Shown here: positions 1 through 10,054 of the stretch, piece after piece
How the letters are laid out: every line of letters begins with the position of its first letter
Numbering within the stretch: the first letter of the stretch is position 1
DNA from: a bacterium
Lineage (GTDB): Bacteria; UBA8248
NCBI GenBank assembly: GCA_965261085.1
Contig: OZ253442.1
Span: forward strand, 2,400,001 to 2,464,000
Length of the DNA: 64,000 bases
Direction of reading: 5' to 3'
Translations under genes and position numbers: made by a program
Notes under the pieces: model-generated
Database searches by the model: none
Told to the model about the DNA's origin: nothing
Seen by the model: the letters and a program-made list of their open reading frames with translations, nothing else

Positions 1-2
1 CG

Positions 3-791
3 GGCTTCGATAAGGTTTCGATCGACACGCTGTTTCGCATCGACGGCGACAGCGCGCTGGTCACCGGGGCGGGCGGCGGGCTGGGACGAATCGCCGCGAT
101 CGCGCTTGCCGGCGCGGGGGCGCATGTCGCGGTCACCGATATCGATGCGGAGGCGGCCGACCGGGTCACGGCGGAGATCCGGGAGGCCGGCGGGATCGCC
201 GAGTCCTGGCGGCTCGACGTTGCCGACCGCAAGCGCATCGACACCGTGATCGACGAGGCGGCTGAGCAGTTCGGCGGACTTCACATCCTGATCAACAATG
301 CCGGCATCGCGCGGCCCGGACCGGCCGAGTGGTTTCCCGACGAGGACTGGGACGAGGTGGTCGAGGTCAACATGACCGCCCCGTTCGTCTGCGCGCGCCG
401 GGCGGCGAAGTACATGCTGGTCCAGGGGGAGGGGCGGATCGTCTCGATCGCCTCGATCATGGGGTTTAGGGCGAACGCGATGGTTCCCCACATCCCCTAT
501 CAGGCGACCAAGGGGGCGATCGTCAACATGACCCGCTCGCTCGCCGTCGAATGGGCGGGCCGGGGCATCCGGGTGAACGCCATCGCGCCGACCTTCTTCT
601 ACACCAATCTCGGCGCCGATCTGCGTCAGCGCCGGCCCGAGATCGTGCCCGAGATCAAGGCGCGCACGCCGCTCGGCCGGCTCGGCGAGCCCGAGGAAAT
701 CGCCGGCGGCATCCTCTACCTCGCGAGCCCCGCCTCCTCGATGGTGACTGGCCACACGCTGGCGATCGACGGCGGCTGGCTCTCGATCTAG
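3..791 (+). CDS. SDR family NAD(P)-dependent oxidoreductase, 5' end outside window
   Basis: Frame is open from nt 3: ALVTGAGGGLG (TGxxxGxG), NNAG, YQATK (YxxxK), IRVNAIAP, DGG. Confidence 0.92.
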   Translation, partial: GFDKVSIDTLFRIDGDSALVTGAGGGLGRIAAIALAGAGAHVAVTDIDAEAADRVTAEIREAGGIAESWRLDVADRKRIDTVIDEAAEQFGGLHILINNAGIARPGPAEWFPDEDWDEVVEVNMTAPFVCARRAAKYMLVQGEGRIVSIASIMGFRANAMVPHIPYQATKGAIVNMTRSLAVEWAGRGIRVNAIAPTFFYTNLGADLRQRRPEIVPEIKARTPLGRLGEPEEIAGGILYLASPASSMVTGHTLAIDGGWLSI

Positions 792-1405
792 TGTCCTGAT
801 TCAGAAGATTTTATTCAACTTTCTCCTGGACGCTGAGCGTCCTTTGGCAGAAGCGTTCGATGGCGGCCACGAGGTCGGCGGTGGAGCGGTGTGCGCCACG
901 CTTGATCTACCGCTCAGTGAGCAGCGCGAAGAAGCGCTCGACCTGGTTGAGCCATGAGGAGGATGTAGGCGTGAAGTGGCTGTGTCATCGCGGCCGCTTG
1001 GCGAACCAGTCATGGATCAGCCTGGTTTTGTGGCTGGATACGTTGTCCATGACGACATGGATGTCGAGGTCAGTCGGCACGTTGCGCTCCACCTCGTCGA
1101 GGAAGGCGCGGAACTCGTGCGCCCGATGCCGCCTCATGCAACTGCAGATGACCGCACCCGGCGCCACGTCGAGCGCGGCTAACAGCGTGGTCGTGCCGTG
1201 GCGCTTGTAGTCGTGGGTGCGCCGCTCCGCCTGTCCAGGCCACATGGGCAGCATCGGCTGGCTGCGGTCGAGCGCCTGGATCTGGCTCTTTTCGTCGACA
1301 CACAGCACCAGCGTGCGGTCCGGAGGGTCAGATAGAAGCCCATGATGTCGCTCACCTTGTCTATGAACAGCGGATCGCTCGACAGCTTGAAGGTCTCCGA
1401 GCGGT
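789..1405 (-). mobile_element. IS630-family insertion sequence remnant (transposase pseudogene, 3' half)
   Basis: VLCVDEKSQIQALDR, HDYKRHGTTTL, HVVMDN, FTPTSSSWLNQVERFF, with in-frame stops and a frameshift. The element end (TAGTGTCCTGATTCAGAAG) abuts the SDR stop codon. Confidence 0.85.
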
Positions 1406-1685
1406 GCGGCCCTCGCCGCGCGCGAGGTGCGGCTCACCGATTCGTAGACCGGTGCGCGGAGCGTGTCGCTCTCGCCCGAGGCGGAGGAGGTGCCGGCGAA
1501 CGTCCCCTGGGTTGCGGGCAATCCATGGGTCATTTCGGGCAAGGTCGGGAGAGAGCATATGCGAAACCTGAACGACCCCTGGGGGATCGTCCGGGAGCGC
1601 GCGGGACTCGATGACGTGCGGCTCCACGATTTGCGTCATTCCTTCGCCTCTCGCGCCTTGGCGCTGGGAGAGAGTCTGCCCATGA

Positions 1686-3220
1686 TGGGGCTGTTGAAAA
1701 AGTTCTGGTTTTGTGATCGGATGCAGGTATACCCACTCGCCCGAGAGGGGAAGTCTCCGAGATGTTGGGACACAAGAATCGCGAGCAACTGGACTTATTC
1801 GTGGCGGGTTCTCTGGAGCAGTTGATCCCGAAGGATCACGTCCTGGTCCGCGTGGACCGCGTTCTGGACCTGGCTGGCTGCGCGAGGAAGTGGCGGATTG
1901 CTATTGCGCGGAGGACGGTCGTCCTGGGATCGACCCGGAAGTAGCGGTACGGCTGATGCTGGCGGGTCTTCTTCTGGGCTTCGTCCATGATCGCCGGCTG
2001 ATGCGCGAGGCGCAGGTGAACCTCGCGATTCGGTGGTTCATCGGGTATGGGCTGCACGAGCGTCTGCCGGATCATTCGAGTCTGACGCGTATCCGTCAGC
2101 GCTGGGGGGAGAAGCGATTCCGGGAGATATTCCGTCGGACGGTTCGTGCGTGCCTGGACGCGAAGGTGGCGAAGGGGGAAGTGGTGCACGTGGATGCCTC
2201 TCTGATCCGTGCGGACGTGAGTTGGGAGAGCCTGGTGGAGCGTCACGTGGACGAGGTGATGGCGGAGAACGCCGTGGAGGAGAAAGATGAAGGCGGGGGC
2301 GGAGGGGGCCTGGGCGGCAAGGGCAAGCCTGCGAAGGTGAGCCGCACGGACCCGGACGCGAGCATGGCGACCCTGGCGAGCAACCGGCGGCACGAGCCTT
2401 GTTACAAGCAGCACGCAGCGGTGGACGATGCGAGAGGGGTTGTGCTCGACGTATCGGTGACGACGGGCGCGGTGAGCGAGCGGAAGATGGTCGAGGCCCA
2501 GGTGGATTCGGTTTGTGAGATTACAGGGCGCGGGATTGCGACGGTGCCGGGGGATGCGGGTTACGCCTACGCCGGGGTCTATGGCGGTCTCGAGCGCCGC
2601 GGGGTCGAAGCGGTGATACCGGTGAGGAGAGACCCGCCGAGGAGCCGGGTTCCGTTGCGCCGGTTCCGCTACGACGCGCGCAACGATGTTGTGAAGTGCC
2701 CACGGGGAAAGACCTTGCGTCGCGTGCGCAAGAGCGGGCGCAAACGCTTTTTCCATTCGAGAACCCGTGACTGCGCGCGCTGTCCGCTGCGCAGCGCGTG
2801 CCTGCCGCCCTCGGGCACGAAGAAGGAGGTTGTGATTCCGCATGATTATCCGGCGCTGCTCCGGGCCCGTCGCCGGCACGCGCGATGGAGCGAGGAAGAG
2901 CGGCGAATGTACCAGCGTCACCGCTGGCGCTCGGAGGGCTTCCACGGCGAGGCGAAGACCTGGCGCGGGCTGGGACGCGCAGTGCGGCGCGGTCTGGACA
3001 ACGTGAAGATACAGTCCTACCTGACGGCGGCTGCGATCAACCTCAAGCGGCTCGCCGCCGCTGTAGTTGTCCGATTATGCGTCCCCTGGATGGCCTGCGT
3101 CGCTTGGAATCGCTGTCTGAAGGCCCATGATGCCCACAAACGGCAAAACGGCCTCGGGGTGACCCAAGCCGCCTGAACCTGAAACGAACCGTTCCGAAAC
3201 CCAGTTCTTCAACAGCCCCA
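1686..3220 (+). mobile_element. IS1182-family insertion sequence
   Basis: Terminal IRs TGGGGCTGTTGAA (1686) and TTCAACAGCCCCA (to 3220), flanked by a TGA direct repeat. Removing the element restores the integrase frame. Confidence 0.85.
1762..3176 (+). pseudogene. IS1182-family DDE transposase, frameshifted near 1872
   Basis: MLGHKNREQLDLFVAGSLEQLIPKDH, then a frame change to GRPGIDPE...LPDHSSLTRIR, VHVDASLI, GDAGY, SEGFHGEAK. The frameshift may be real or a sequencing error. Confidence 0.8.
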
Positions 3221-3659
3221 TGACAGGAAAACTGCTCGGTCACGCCCAGGTCGAGACCACGGCGCGCTACGCGCATCTCGCGCGCGATTCGGTGCATGAG
3301 ACCGCGGAACGGGTCGCCGCGAGCATCGCCGCCGACATCCTGGGCGAGGAGCCGGCCGGCGCGGATGGGACGAAACCCCCGAACGGGGGAGAGCGTCACC
3401 ATCGCCGCCTCGAAGACGCCGTCCTTCAAGGCCGGCAAGGCCCTGCGGGACGCGGTGCGCTAGCGTTCGGCCGGCCTCAGGCCTCGCCTGGGTCACGGCG
3501 CGGCCCGTCCGGCGATGTCGATGCGTTTGCCCCAGGGTTCGCGGTTCCAGTCCTCTGGCAACTTGCCGTAGTTACGCCAGCAAACCGGGTAACCTAGCTA
3601 GGTCTCGGGGTAGCTCGAACACAGCATGTCGGTGAGGCAGCCGCCGGGGCGGATGTCCT

Positions 3660-3990
3660 ACTCTTCCAGTCATGCGAAGCCCGGCCGGAAGTCGGTCCCT
3701 CCCCTGCCCTTGAATGCGGTCTCATCGGGAAGGTCGGCAGCGGCGTATTCGGCTGCGTCATGGAATGTGTCATCGACCTGGAGGACGATGACGTACTCCG
3801 GCTGAAGCTCGGTCGCAATCTCCAGCACTTCGGCCCAGAAGTCCGCCAGCATCCCGGCCGACAAAGAGCCAGAGGTGTCGATGATGACTGCGATCGTATC
3901 GATGCCCACTGAACGGATCGACGACAGATAGAGGCCGCTGTCGATGAAGCGCCGGTTGGGCAGGCTCCAGCTGTAGTCGCGCTTGCGGCG
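3660..3990 (-). pseudogene. VWA-like (DUF2201-type) domain fragment
   Basis: DYSWSLPNRRF...IAVIIDTSGS (MIDAS-like)...KGRGGTDFRP; truncated, with an internal stop. Confidence 0.7.
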
Positions 3991-4544
3991 TCAGTTATCT
4001 AGCTACGGAGAAATGTCGCCAGTTGACGGTGCCTGCATGCGCGCCATGGACGGTCTCCTCGGCTGTGCCCGGCATCCTGCGCTGGGCTTTCGCGAGTCTG
4101 TCCGCTAGGGTGCATGGCCTCGTCTCAGGCCTGTTCTTCGGCAGCGATTGCCGAGAGCAGTGCACATGCAGCGGCAAATCAAGCAGGAACAGCGCCTTGG
4201 AAGTCCTAGAGCATTCGCGATACACGCTCCATCTTGAGCATGGACAGCGAGGACGCGGGCGAACACGCTGGTCGCGCATTTGCCGCTGACTTGCGCACCT
4301 GACCCGAACTCTAGCCCCTAACAACAGCTAATTTTTATAAGGTTACGCTATTCGGTGCCGGATGCAGCCGCTGAACAGAAGCCTACACTTTAGAATCAAG
4401 GCGAAGCTAGTATCTCGACTATGCGGGAAGCAAGGGTAGTCATCGAGGTCAAGCATGGTTCGTTTTTGGATGTTGAGCGAGCCGGTGTAACAGGATGGAA
4501 TGGGAAAGTAGGTTCAGGATAGCCTGCGAGAGAATGGCAAAAGA

Positions 4545-5468
4545 TCATTGGGCGCTAACGGGACCGATGACCAACGAGGCGTAGTCAGACTCATAGAGCT
4601 TCTGATGTTCGCTGACTGCCAGACGTTGGAGACAATGTATTCGCCAATAGTCCTGCCAGTCTTGGGAATGGTATTCGTGATATTCCACCACTAATCCGAT
4701 TTGAGGATCCCGAGCATCCTCCCATGAAATCATTTGGGCGTGTGACAACCACCGTTGCGTATCAAGCAGTTCGCTCACAGTCTTTGTCCAGTTTCCTCCA
4801 TTACGGAACATCCCATGTTTCAGTAATTTTTCGGCGGCTTGGCGGGCTCGCTTAATTGCCACTTCACACAATTTAAGGGTGGCGGGATCAAGTTTACCCA
4901 GCATGGTCTGAGCCGCAATATTATTGGGATCGGCCCTGAGCGTCTCGTCATGTTCTTTATACGCATCAAGGTAGTTCTGTACTGATTGCCATCTGCCAAA
5001 GAGAGGTATTTGCGGATCGATTGGTCCGAGTTCCGACATGTCGCTCATCACGACGCTGTCAGCTCCGAGGACCATGAGTGTCCCAGCACTCTTAGCGAAT
5101 TCCGGAACGACGATGCGGAGCTTGGCCGCACCGACAAGGCTCCTCAGCATTCCCATCAGCTTCTCAGCGGCATCGATGCTGCCCCCTTTGGTGTGAAGCA
5201 GCAAATCGACGTTATGGTTCGGTGGTACATTGTGAAGAAGATCGACGAATGGCATGATGTCGTCGTCATCAATGACACACTCGTTCCCGGATACGTAGCA
5301 GATTAATATATGCCCGGTGCGGTCTTGAATCTGTTTGATCACTGCCTGACGATGGTAGCGATCAGCGGTATTTGCTTGGTATAGTGGCGTCTTGGTGGGC
5401 GGTTTCGGACCATTTTTAGGGTCAGGTGGAAGATCAGCGCCGTTGTCTGATGAAGACTGTTCTGTCAT
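4545..5468 (-). CDS. ClpP/SppA-fold serine protease (SDH family)
   Basis: DLLLHTKGGSIDAAE, AKSAGTL (catalytic Ser), SELGPIDPQ, SHAQMI; last gene of the ubiquitin-like operon; AGGAG RBS. Confidence 0.85.
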   Translation of the reverse strand: MTEQSSSDNGADLPPDPKNGPKPPTKTPLYQANTADRYHRQAVIKQIQDRTGHILICYVSGNECVIDDDDIMPFVDLLHNVPPNHNVDLLLHTKGGSIDAAEKLMGMLRSLVGAAKLRIVVPEFAKSAGTLMVLGADSVVMSDMSELGPIDPQIPLFGRWQSVQNYLDAYKEHDETLRADPNNIAAQTMLGKLDPATLKLCEVAIKRARQAAEKLLKHGMFRNGGNWTKTVSELLDTQRWLSHAQMISWEDARDPQIGLVVEYHEYHSQDWQDYWRIHCLQRLAVSEHQKLYESDYASLVIGPVSAQ

Positions 5469-5472
5469 TTGG

Positions 5473-5823
5473 TCACTCCTTACTTGTATTGACCGCCCAG
5501 ATGGTCTTGCCCGCGCGTATAGTGAAGTGACAGCGCCGCTCCGGGGTGACGCTATCAATGCTGGGGCGGATCGACAGGGGAATTCTTGACTCGATCTTCC
5601 AGACTGGGCGTCGAGTTTTGTCCAGATTCACCATGAGTCGATGCCTCGTTCGGCATGGGCAATCCATCACGGCCCATGTCGCGTTCTTTGGCGGACCAAC
5701 GAGGACAATGCCGCGGTGGGGTAGCCGGTCAGACACCTCATCGCCGGCGAGGACTTGGCCGACAATCCGCCAATTGTGCCACGGCAGTGGCAGCGATTGC
5801 CACCAGGCAATCAGGCTCTTCAT
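5473..5823 (-). CDS. DUF6527-family Cys/His protein
   Basis: WAVMDCPC...LSIRPSI...CHFTIRAG.TIW; ATGA overlap with the upstream E1 stop. Confidence 0.75.
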   Translation of the reverse strand: MKSLIAWWQSLPLPWHNWRIVGQVLAGDEVSDRLPHRGIVLVGPPKNATWAVMDCPCRTRHRLMVNLDKTRRPVWKIESRIPLSIRPSIDSVTPERRCHFTIRAGKTIWAVNTSKE

Positions 5824-7202
5824 CCCTGCCATGTCTGTTCGAGGTAAGGTTCGGTTACGCCAAGCCCAAGCTTGTGCGCCCCGGGATGGCAATAGTGACG
5901 CTCGCGAGGGTCTTGGTCGTTAGTGGACATCTCACGCTCATGGGATCTGAGCAGTATTTCTGTAGGCGCGGGCTCAGGGCCGTAGTGAATGAGTCGCTCG
6001 AGCAATTCGCTCACGGAAGTTGACGCGACCTGTGTCGTAAACGTTACGACTGCAGGTTGGGCGTCCAACAGCGCGGGTGCGTAGCCTTCTTGGACGAGCT
6101 GACTGTATTCACCCGACGCGAGCATTTCGGCGGCGGCTCGTTGTAGGTCAATGCGATCGCGGCAGACTAAACAGGCAGCACCAGGAGCGAGTACCGTCAC
6201 GCGACCGTCGATGCCAGTCAGTTGTCCGCTTGGGCCACTGCTCAGTAGCACACCACAGTCAATAACGGGCGTTAGCAGGTACGAAGCGACGCGGGACAAC
6301 ACGAGCCGGCCAGCGTTGTCATCTGTGCAGCCAAAGATGACATCAGCATCGAGCAGCTGCCTGGCCGCGGATTCCAGCGTTATTTTGGCTTGCGTGGTCA
6401 CAACTTCGGCATCGGGTGCAATCTGCAACACGTGAGCCGCAATCACATCCACTTTTGGTTTGCCAACCCGATTGAGGTAGGACCCGTATACGCGCGTGAC
6501 GTTGCCTGCTATCAACGTATCTGGATCAAAGAGGTGGAGATGACGTACGCCCAATCGCACGAGCTGCTCGATAACTGCCGACCCGGTACCACCGCAGCCG
6601 ACGACGGCGATGTTTAGGTTGCCGAGCACTTGTTGGATTTCGCCGCCAAATGCGCGAATGTTGCGATCAAATTGGTCGGAGGGTGGCACTATGTCGTGTA
6701 ACCAGTTCTGAATGAGCGTGAAACGCCGCCCGGTAACCCACAAGCGATCGATATCGGTTCGCTTATTGTCGGATTCGATGTGGCCGGTGAATTGGAGGCG
6801 ATGCCCCGTCGGAGCGAGGACAATTGCTCCATATAGGGGGCTTCCTGCACGAAGTCGGAAGAGGTCAGCAAGCTGTTCGTCGACGATCTCGTCATGCTTG
6901 CTTGGTCTGGGCGATGACTCCTTGCCAGGATGCGTGTGCAGCCAGATGGGAACAGACTGATCGGCCTCCGCCGCAGCGAGTGCGGGCACGTAACCGTGGG
7001 AAGCAATGCTGAGCCCCGTGGCATCGCGCCGAAGGTAGGCGTCATCCGGGACCCAATGCACCGCACGGGCGAGCAAGCGGACGTTTCCGCACGGCGTCTC
7101 TACTAGTCGTGCCAGCAGAACACAGGCTGTCTCGATGTCAATGGCGGTTGCCTCAAGGAGTTCATCTGCGATCTGAGTTGACAACACGAGGGTGACGGTC
7201 AT
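5820..7202 (-). CDS. JAB/MPN peptidase - ThiF/E1 adenylyltransferase fusion
   Basis: N-terminal ETAC...HTHP...PSKHD (JAMM motif); C-terminal VVGCGGTGS, DPD...NVTR, GCTDD, DCG, CLVC. Confidence 0.9.
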   Translation of the reverse strand: MTVTLVLSTQIADELLEATAIDIETACVLLARLVETPCGNVRLLARAVHWVPDDAYLRRDATGLSIASHGYVPALAAAEADQSVPIWLHTHPGKESSPRPSKHDEIVDEQLADLFRLRAGSPLYGAIVLAPTGHRLQFTGHIESDNKRTDIDRLWVTGRRFTLIQNWLHDIVPPSDQFDRNIRAFGGEIQQVLGNLNIAVVGCGGTGSAVIEQLVRLGVRHLHLFDPDTLIAGNVTRVYGSYLNRVGKPKVDVIAAHVLQIAPDAEVVTTQAKITLESAARQLLDADVIFGCTDDNAGRLVLSRVASYLLTPVIDCGVLLSSGPSGQLTGIDGRVTVLAPGAACLVCRDRIDLQRAAAEMLASGEYSQLVQEGYAPALLDAQPAVVTFTTQVASTSVSELLERLIHYGPEPAPTEILLRSHEREMSTNDQDPRERHYCHPGAHKLGLGVTEPYLEQTWQG

Positions 7203-7591
7203 CGGTGTATTTCCGGCACACTACGTACGAGGTCTTGCCGTATCAGGGCGAGAAAGCTCTCAAGACCATCGATTCCAGATTCCCATTGTCCGTTGTTGAA
7301 GTGTCTCGACCAGCGTTGCCAGCTGCGGCCGAGATACGATTCCACGACATTGGTGGCGGGCAACACTTGGCCATTCTTCAGGTTAACGTGGGGCGAGAAC
7401 CACCACATGTCGGGGGGAACATCTGGATAACCAGGACTGAGGCGTATCAGAAGATCTGATACATTTCGATCAAACCCTCTCGGGAGTGGCCACTGGAGCA
7501 TCACGACGCATGTCATGCCCGACTCAGAGGCGATCTGGTGGGCCAGACCCCGTTCGTTCAGGTAGTTCACGTCCGATTGTGGAAGAGCCAT
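7199..7591 (-). CDS. Prokaryotic E2/UBC-like protein (E2 family E type)
   Basis: LPRGF...LLIRLSPGYPDVPPDMWWFSP...WQRWSRH; lies between the Ubl and E1 genes. Confidence 0.85.
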   Translation of the reverse strand: MALPQSDVNYLNERGLAHQIASESGMTCVVMLQWPLPRGFDRNVSDLLIRLSPGYPDVPPDMWWFSPHVNLKNGQVLPATNVVESYLGRSWQRWSRHFNNGQWESGIDGLESFLALIRQDLVRSVPEIHR

Positions 7592-7896
7592 GGAAGATGT
7601 CCAGAAGTTCGGCGGCCAGGACGGTATGCGCCAGGATTGATGGTGTTGGGTGCGGTAAAAAAGCGCAAGCCGTCATGAACCTCGACCGTGTCGTCGTCCT
7701 TGATCTTGCGGTCAGGGTGGCCGGGAATGACTTGGAAGAGATCGCGCTCGGGCGGGATCGGATTCGGCGGGAGAAAACGAAGCTGAGCCCCGGTGATCTT
7801 CTCATCCGGCCAATCGTACTGGGTTCGATCAATCCGGATGGTAAATACCTTGTGCCCCGGTTTGTCCTTGTCGGGAATTGGATTCTCTGTGGCCAT
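7567..7896 (-). CDS. Ubiquitin-like (multi-ubiquitin domain) protein
   Basis: FTIRID...ITGAQLR...DLF...DDDTVEVHDGLRFFTAP.TINPG beta-grasp signature; AGGAGG RBS. Confidence 0.85.
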   Translation of the reverse strand: MATENPIPDKDKPGHKVFTIRIDRTQYDWPDEKITGAQLRFLPPNPIPPERDLFQVIPGHPDRKIKDDDTVEVHDGLRFFTAPNTINPGAYRPGRRTSGHLPWLFHNRT

Positions 7897-7916
7897 GGTG
7901 TTCCTCCTTAGTTTCT

Positions 7917-7932
7917 TGATACCATGATACCA
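7917..7932. promoter_or_regulatory. Tandem TGATACCA repeat, candidate operator
   Basis: TGATACCA-TGATACCA in the divergent intergenic region between the Ubl operon and the RHH gene. Confidence 0.4.
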
Positions 7933-8006
7933 TAATGCTATGACGCCACGCAACCCCTATTGTATGCCAGTTGACAACCGCGCGCTCAAATTGGAGAATC
8001 GAGAAC

Positions 8007-8219
8007 ATGAAACCTGTCAAAGCAATGACAATTCGCTTGTCTGCCGATCAGTCAGAGCAGTTGGGCACGATCGCGGCCGTCGTCGGTCAACCGGTTTCGC
8101 ATGTGATTCGTTCGGCGATCGCAGAGCATATCGAGGAACGCAAACGTGACACCGCGTTTCAGGACATGCTCCGCGAGCGCATTGAGCGGGCACGGTTGAT
8201 GCTGCCGAACGACAAGTAG
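8007..8219 (+). CDS. Ribbon-helix-helix (CopG-like) regulator
   Basis: KAMTIRLS...LGTIA...PVSHVIRSAIAEHI; divergent from the Ubl operon. Confidence 0.75.
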   Translation: MKPVKAMTIRLSADQSEQLGTIAAVVGQPVSHVIRSAIAEHIEERKRDTAFQDMLRERIERARLMLPNDK

Positions 8220-8712
8220 TAGGGCGGACAAGGTTCAGAACGGGTGCGGCCAGCAATCGCCAGTCTTCACCATGCCGCTGATTGTGTCGACAGGCGATCC
8301 CTTGAAAATGCGTGTCTTATCATCTGTAAATGTGTCTGTTGACCTCCGTAGTGGAGCGGTTGTGCGGGCGGATACGGATTTGATCGCTCCTCCCGGCCGC
8401 CTCCACGCGGTGGCGAGCGCGAGTGCTGCTGGCCTGTGGGTGTAGACTAAGAGACCTGATGACGGTTCCGCTCCAGCGAGGCGTCGCGCACGGCCTTTTC
8501 GAGTAACCGGAGCAGCGTCAGTACCTTCGCCGAGCGGTACACGATGAAGGCGGCCCGGTACCCGAACGGCCGAGACCGCTTGAGGGTTCGGTTCGCCGTG
8601 GGCGAATAGAGGAGAACTGAAGGGGCGCCCGCATCGGACGGAGGGAAGCGGACGGCCTGGCGACGTTCACGGGTAGGGGATCGGATGTGTGTAAGAAAGA
8701 AGGAGCACAACG

Positions 8713-9459
8713 GTGTGTGACAAAGGAACCGACGGCACCGTGAGCAGCGATCTATCGTGGTTCGAATCACTCCCAGACGACCGGTCTTGGGACTCATTGT
8801 GGAGTGGGTACATTCGTTGCGCTTGCGGCGGAATCCGCACTACAGAGGCGCATTGCCCCGTATGCGGCGAGGACCCAACAATTTCGGACTGGGTGATTGT
8901 GCACGATACTGACGGCAAGGAGTACCGTGTGCCGTCCGCCTTTATGGGCGCTGAGGGCAGGTATGAGGATTGGATCTACCTGCGAATGCTGGAACGGGAG
9001 TGGTCAAGGCCCGTCGAGGCGGACCTGTATGACTTGATCCCGGAGAACCATCGCCCTTCCGCGCGAGCGATAGTCGTGCTGGTGTTCTGGAGCTACTTCG
9101 AGACGCGAATCGAAAGGCTTTTTCGGGAAACGGGGAAGGGGGTGCCCGAGAAAGTGATGGACCACCTTCTGGATCGCCATTCCTTCGTCGGCACGCGGAT
9201 GGACAGGCTCTACAAGGTGGTTTTCTCAACGACGTACCGAGCCGATCTCAACGACCTCGGGTACAGCAAAGTGGCGGCGCTCCTAAAAAAGGTTGAAAAG
9301 TGTCGAAACAGGTTCACTCACGGCCAACCGGAAGCAATTGACGACGCACTGGTCGAAGAGCTTGTGGCGGGTCTGAAGGAAGAACATGAGGGTTGGATCG
9401 CCGTCTTCAACAGGCGGCTGAAGGAAGCGCTCAAGCGATCGGCAACACTGCAAGGCTGA
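8713..9459 (+). CDS. Hypothetical protein, Zn-ribbon plus HEPN-like domain
   Basis: CAC...CPVC; helical C-terminal region with YFETRIE and RNRFTH (RxxxxH). Confidence 0.6.
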   Translation: MCDKGTDGTVSSDLSWFESLPDDRSWDSLWSGYIRCACGGIRTTEAHCPVCGEDPTISDWVIVHDTDGKEYRVPSAFMGAEGRYEDWIYLRMLEREWSRPVEADLYDLIPENHRPSARAIVVLVFWSYFETRIERLFRETGKGVPEKVMDHLLDRHSFVGTRMDRLYKVVFSTTYRADLNDLGYSKVAALLKKVEKCRNRFTHGQPEAIDDALVEELVAGLKEEHEGWIAVFNRRLKEALKRSATLQG

Positions 9460-9467
9460 TTGTTATT

Positions 9468-9590
9468 CGGCGCACCGATTCGAGCGCGAGATACGCATAG
9501 TGCGCCATGGTCTCGATTTGTCTGTGGCCCAGCAGACGCCCGATCATAGGCAGGCCCTCGTCCAGCGCCAGTGCGCGGCTGGCGTACGAA
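9468..9590 (-). pseudogene. Tyrosine integrase C-terminal fragment
   Basis: Reverse strand reads SYASRALALDEGLPMIGRLLGHRQIETMAHYAYLA. Confidence 0.8.
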
Positions 9591-10054
9591 TGGTACAAAT
9601 TCGCTTTTCAGGGCAGTATCATCCTGAATGGTACCGATAATATCAGAGTTCTGGGAAACTCTTCACTTGAATTTCCGGTGAAAGTAGTAACCAAGTGGGG
9701 AATTAGCCAGCGTTGGCCGATATTATCGGGGGTGCGATTGCCTTGTGTGGTTGCATCATTGCTCTCTTTTAAATTCGAATTATTGTTCGATGTCGCTGAA
9801 AGACGAAACAAACAGTTGAGAGGTTGGTAACTAGTGGCTTGTCAAAGTGAATTTGATGATTTGAAACGTTCTCATTTCAATGCGAAAAGGTTTTTTGGAT
9901 TGACGAGAACCCTGGTGTTTCGGGGGTTTCGGGGCAGGCGGTTGATGAGGAAGGAATATGCGAGGTCGAGGGCCATTTGGCGGACGGATGGCGCACAGTT
10001 GTCGAGGGCTGTATCTACACAAACTACGAACATCAATGTACGGAGCGTACCATA

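Larger units (their letters stand above)
1445..3350 (+). pseudogene. Tyrosine integrase C-terminal fragment interrupted by IS1182
   Basis: RLHDLRHSFASRALALGESLPM (to 1685) rejoins [19 protein letters not shown] (from 3221). Confidence 0.85.

Noticed and set aside
4330-4430. Possible extra copy of the 176-bp repeat (AATCAA...CTATGCGGG)
   Set aside because: The spacing is wrong and the TTTGATTAC core is absent. Weak reverse-strand hits near 29310 and 41960 fail in the same way.
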